Positions 61,665 to 64,000 of a stretch of 64,000 bases of DNA are shown one piece after another. The DNA is from Protoeuglena noctilucae (lineage: Eukaryota). The stretch lies in contig OY253681.1 in assembly GCA_958009085.1 (NCBI GenBank), forward strand, positions 124,001 to 188,000, written 5' to 3'. Made by a program: the position numbers and the translations under genes. Under the pieces are notes generated by a model that saw only the letters and a program-made list of their open reading frames with translations, did not search any database and was not told the origin of the DNA. How positions within the stretch are numbered: position 1 is the first letter of the stretch; every line of letters starts with the position of its first letter.

Positions 61665-62923
61665 ATGAGCCAGCTCAGCCTCCTCGTCAATCGGCTCCTT
61701 GGCATCCACGGTGCGTCTCGAGAGTGGGCTCTCGCAGCACCCTCGCCATCTCCCCGCATCTACACTCATTTGTCCTAGCCAGTGGATGCCGCTCTGGGGA
61801 CCCTCGAGCGCCCTCCGCCACAGCAGCGCGGCCCAAAATGGTCACCGAGTGCGCCCTGACCAGGCCGAGAGAGACCGCGGCCCCTCGCATTTGAGCCCGT
61901 CGCACTCTATGTCGCTTCCCAAGCTCGGTCGTGAAGGCCTTCGCCGTGCCCCGCCGCAGGAGACAGCCCGTGGCCCACGCTCCTGCTGCTCACGTTGGCG
62001 CTGGCCATCCTGAGCCATCTCTTGTCCGTCTTTTCCCCGGGGGGCAACAGGGCCGCTCGACAGGCACGGCGGGCGCCCGCCAGCAAGCGCCCGCCGCCCG
62101 CCACGCTGCCCGAGCCGGGGTCGCTGGGAGAGCAGGCGAGGCAGCGGCATCGTCACTCGCATCCCGGCGTGAATCGCAACAGCGCCGCGAGGGTCTTGCA
62201 ACCGGTCTGCCGCGTCACTGCCCCAGGTGTATCGCAAGGGCCGGCTTCTGTCGCGCGTCACGCTGTCCTTGCCCGGGACCGTGCTGACCCAGAGCACCCC
62301 AGCCGAGCTCAGCCGGGGGGCGTCGCTGGTGCCGTCGGGGGCGGAGATCGTGCGATGGCTGTGCGCCGCGACGGACTTGTATTTGATGGCTGAAGTGGGG
62401 GACGACGCTGCAGAGGCGCACGTGCGGGGGTGCTTGGAGGCCGCGGGGTGAGGGCAGAGGCGACCATCGGCGCTGCGGGACGCGAGGGATTGTTAACGAA
62501 TGTTTGTTTCTCGTTCTCTTACCTCTCAGGGTCGTGGGGGACAAGGCGGGGCAGGTGCCTCGCCACCGGGTCGTCTTTTGCGGGACGGAGGTGGGCAAGA
62601 CAAGCATCGTGCGGCAGCTGGAGCCGGAGCTCCACGTGGACGCATCGCGAGACACCGTCTCGGCGCTCCAGTGAGTAGGAATGCGTTGGTGTGCGGCTGG
62701 CGGCATCACCTCAGAGATTGCCTGGCTCCGTCATCGGATACTTGGTTGCTTAAGTGAAGCTTGTTGGGTCCTCGTCAAGCCCTAAGCACGTTTCCTGCAT
62801 CTCTCTCGCAGGCGCTTCCTACCCCAGTTGCTGCTGGTGGTTTCTAAGGATGAGGGCGGGCCCGCAACAGTGGCACCGAACATCGGCAGGGCCACGTCTC
62901 TCGTGGACTACTTCAGGCACTGA
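61665..62923 (+). CDS. PEX22: Peroxisome biogenesis protein 22 (plant type)
   Basis: N-terminal TM (PTLLLLTLALAILSHLL), RVTLSLPGTVL..STPAEL, DLYLMAEVGDD..E, VVFCGTEVGKTSIVRQLEPELHVD, QRFLPQLL, SLVDYF; colinear with the recalled Arabidopsis PEX22 sequence; 5 exons in frame. Confidence 0.85.
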
Positions 62924-63222
62924 CTCAGGGAGTTTGCTATTACAGGGTGGGTAGCGCGTGGTGCGGCAGGGCCTTTGTCGTGGGACTGCGGACTGGGGCA
63001 CTGCAAGGGGATGCGTGATGGCTGGGGGCATTGTTTGCCGTCGTTGTGGCATGAGGCGCGAGGCTGGGCTGCGATTTGACATGCCCAGTGAGGGGTCGAC
63101 GTAGGCTGCGTCCCCGCTGTGCCCGTGAGTCTCGACGGCGCTTTCAAACACGCAACGCCACGCAAGTCACAGTCGCAGTCACATGGTCTCCGCCCGTGCC
63201 AGACCCCCGTGCCAATGCGCCG

Positions 63223-63630
63223 TCAGAAACGCAGCGCCGCGATGGCCGCGTCCAGGCCAGGGTCGTTTTTCACGGTCGCAGGCTCGCCCTTGGCCCCAGC
63301 CCTGACAGCACCATCGCCCTTGCCGACCCCCTGCATATGTGACCCCACTTCCTCCGCACCTGGCCGCTGCGCCCACCCCGCCACGCCTCCCGACGCGGGG
63401 CCCACCCCGCCGCCAACCTGGGCCGGGACTGCGGCCGGGACATCCCCAAACAGGAACCGCCCCGGCGGCACCAGCGGAGTCGATGAGGCGAGGGCGGCCT
63501 GGCTGGGCTCTGCTCTCCAGGCATCGGATGAGGGCCGGGGGCGCTTGGCCTGGGGAGCCTGCCCCGAGGCGTCCGTGTCGCGGGTGCGCGGCAGCAGGGG
63601 ATTGGGCGTCTGGGGTCCCTGCGAGGGAGG
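63223..63630 (-). CDS. Possible terminal exon of a gene entering from beyond the window
   Basis: Open frame ending ..AKRPRP..VKNDPGLDAAIAALRF* after a cctcgcag acceptor-like site; no recognisable domain. Confidence 0.3.
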   Translation of the reverse strand, partial: PPSQGPQTPNPLLPRTRDTDASGQAPQAKRPRPSSDAWRAEPSQAALASSTPLVPPGRFLFGDVPAAVPAQVGGGVGPASGGVAGWAQRPGAEEVGSHMQGVGKGDGAVRAGAKGEPATVKNDPGLDAAIAALRF

Positions 63631-64000
63631 TGCACGCGCGGGCGATGCCCGGTGTGCTCTCGTAGGCACGGTGTGTAACGGCAATCGCAAGGAGGGCGTG
63701 GCTCGGGGTGAGGGTGCAAGCAATGGTAGCGCAACTGCACGTGCCATGGGCAGAGAACAGGGCAGCGGCGGCTTTGTGTGACTGGATGGCAGTGGCTGGC
63801 GCTCACGCTGGCGGTGGCCTGGGACGGCCGGGGCGTGCCCCCAATGACGCGGAATCCCCGGCTCGCGTTGGTTTCCGACAGCGAAAAGGCCCCGCCCTGG
63901 CCCACCCTGCGGCAGAGGGAGCGCCAAGCTACTAGCACCACGCTACTAGCACGAGACGCACACTCGCGTCACACTGCCAACATGACAGGTGTCAATGCTG

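Noticed and set aside
1..64000. Introner-type family of near-identical introns
   Set aside because: No two introns share extended sequence by eye; only low-complexity motifs are shared
1..64000. Alternative genetic code (TAR=Gln) or selenocysteine readthrough
   Set aside because: No in-frame TAA, TAG or TGA in conserved exons; TAG, TAA and TGA all appear as terminators in the models
1..64000. tRNA, rRNA, snRNA genes and a TGTAA polyadenylation signal
   Set aside because: No RNA gene recognisable by eye, and I saw no consistent TGTAA downstream of stop codons; needs a covariance-model search and 3'-end data

Overview
GC-rich, intron-rich eukaryotic nuclear DNA, most consistent with a flagellated green alga (chlorophyte) using the standard genetic code. 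Manual splicing gives about 14 host genes: a degenerate PhoD-like protein, a hypothetical coiled-coil protein, LF4/MOK kinase, an OST3/OST6 subunit, dynein intermediate chain IC2, an inner-arm-type dynein heavy chain, topoisomerase VI B, a DNAAF1/ODA7-like LRR protein, Serinc, ATP sulfurylase, a type-11 methyltransferase, an F-box protein, mitochondrial aconitase and plant-type PEX22. A 5.57-kb DNA transposon (17349-22921) with terminal inverted repeats, subterminal repeats, a 2-bp target-site duplication and a spliced Plavaka/CMC-like DDE transposase sits between two divergent dynein genes. Main observations: (i) about a quarter to a third of the introns I can model use GC-AG, plus one candidate GA-AG intron; (ii) host genes alternate strand perfectly as head-to-head pairs; (iii) several introns carry tandem copies of their own splice junctions; (iv) the PhoD-like protein has lost its metal-binding motifs; (v) three 1-nt frameshifts in the dynein heavy chain look like assembly errors. 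Gene models and family calls come from reading the sequence and recalled family motifs; no database search was run.
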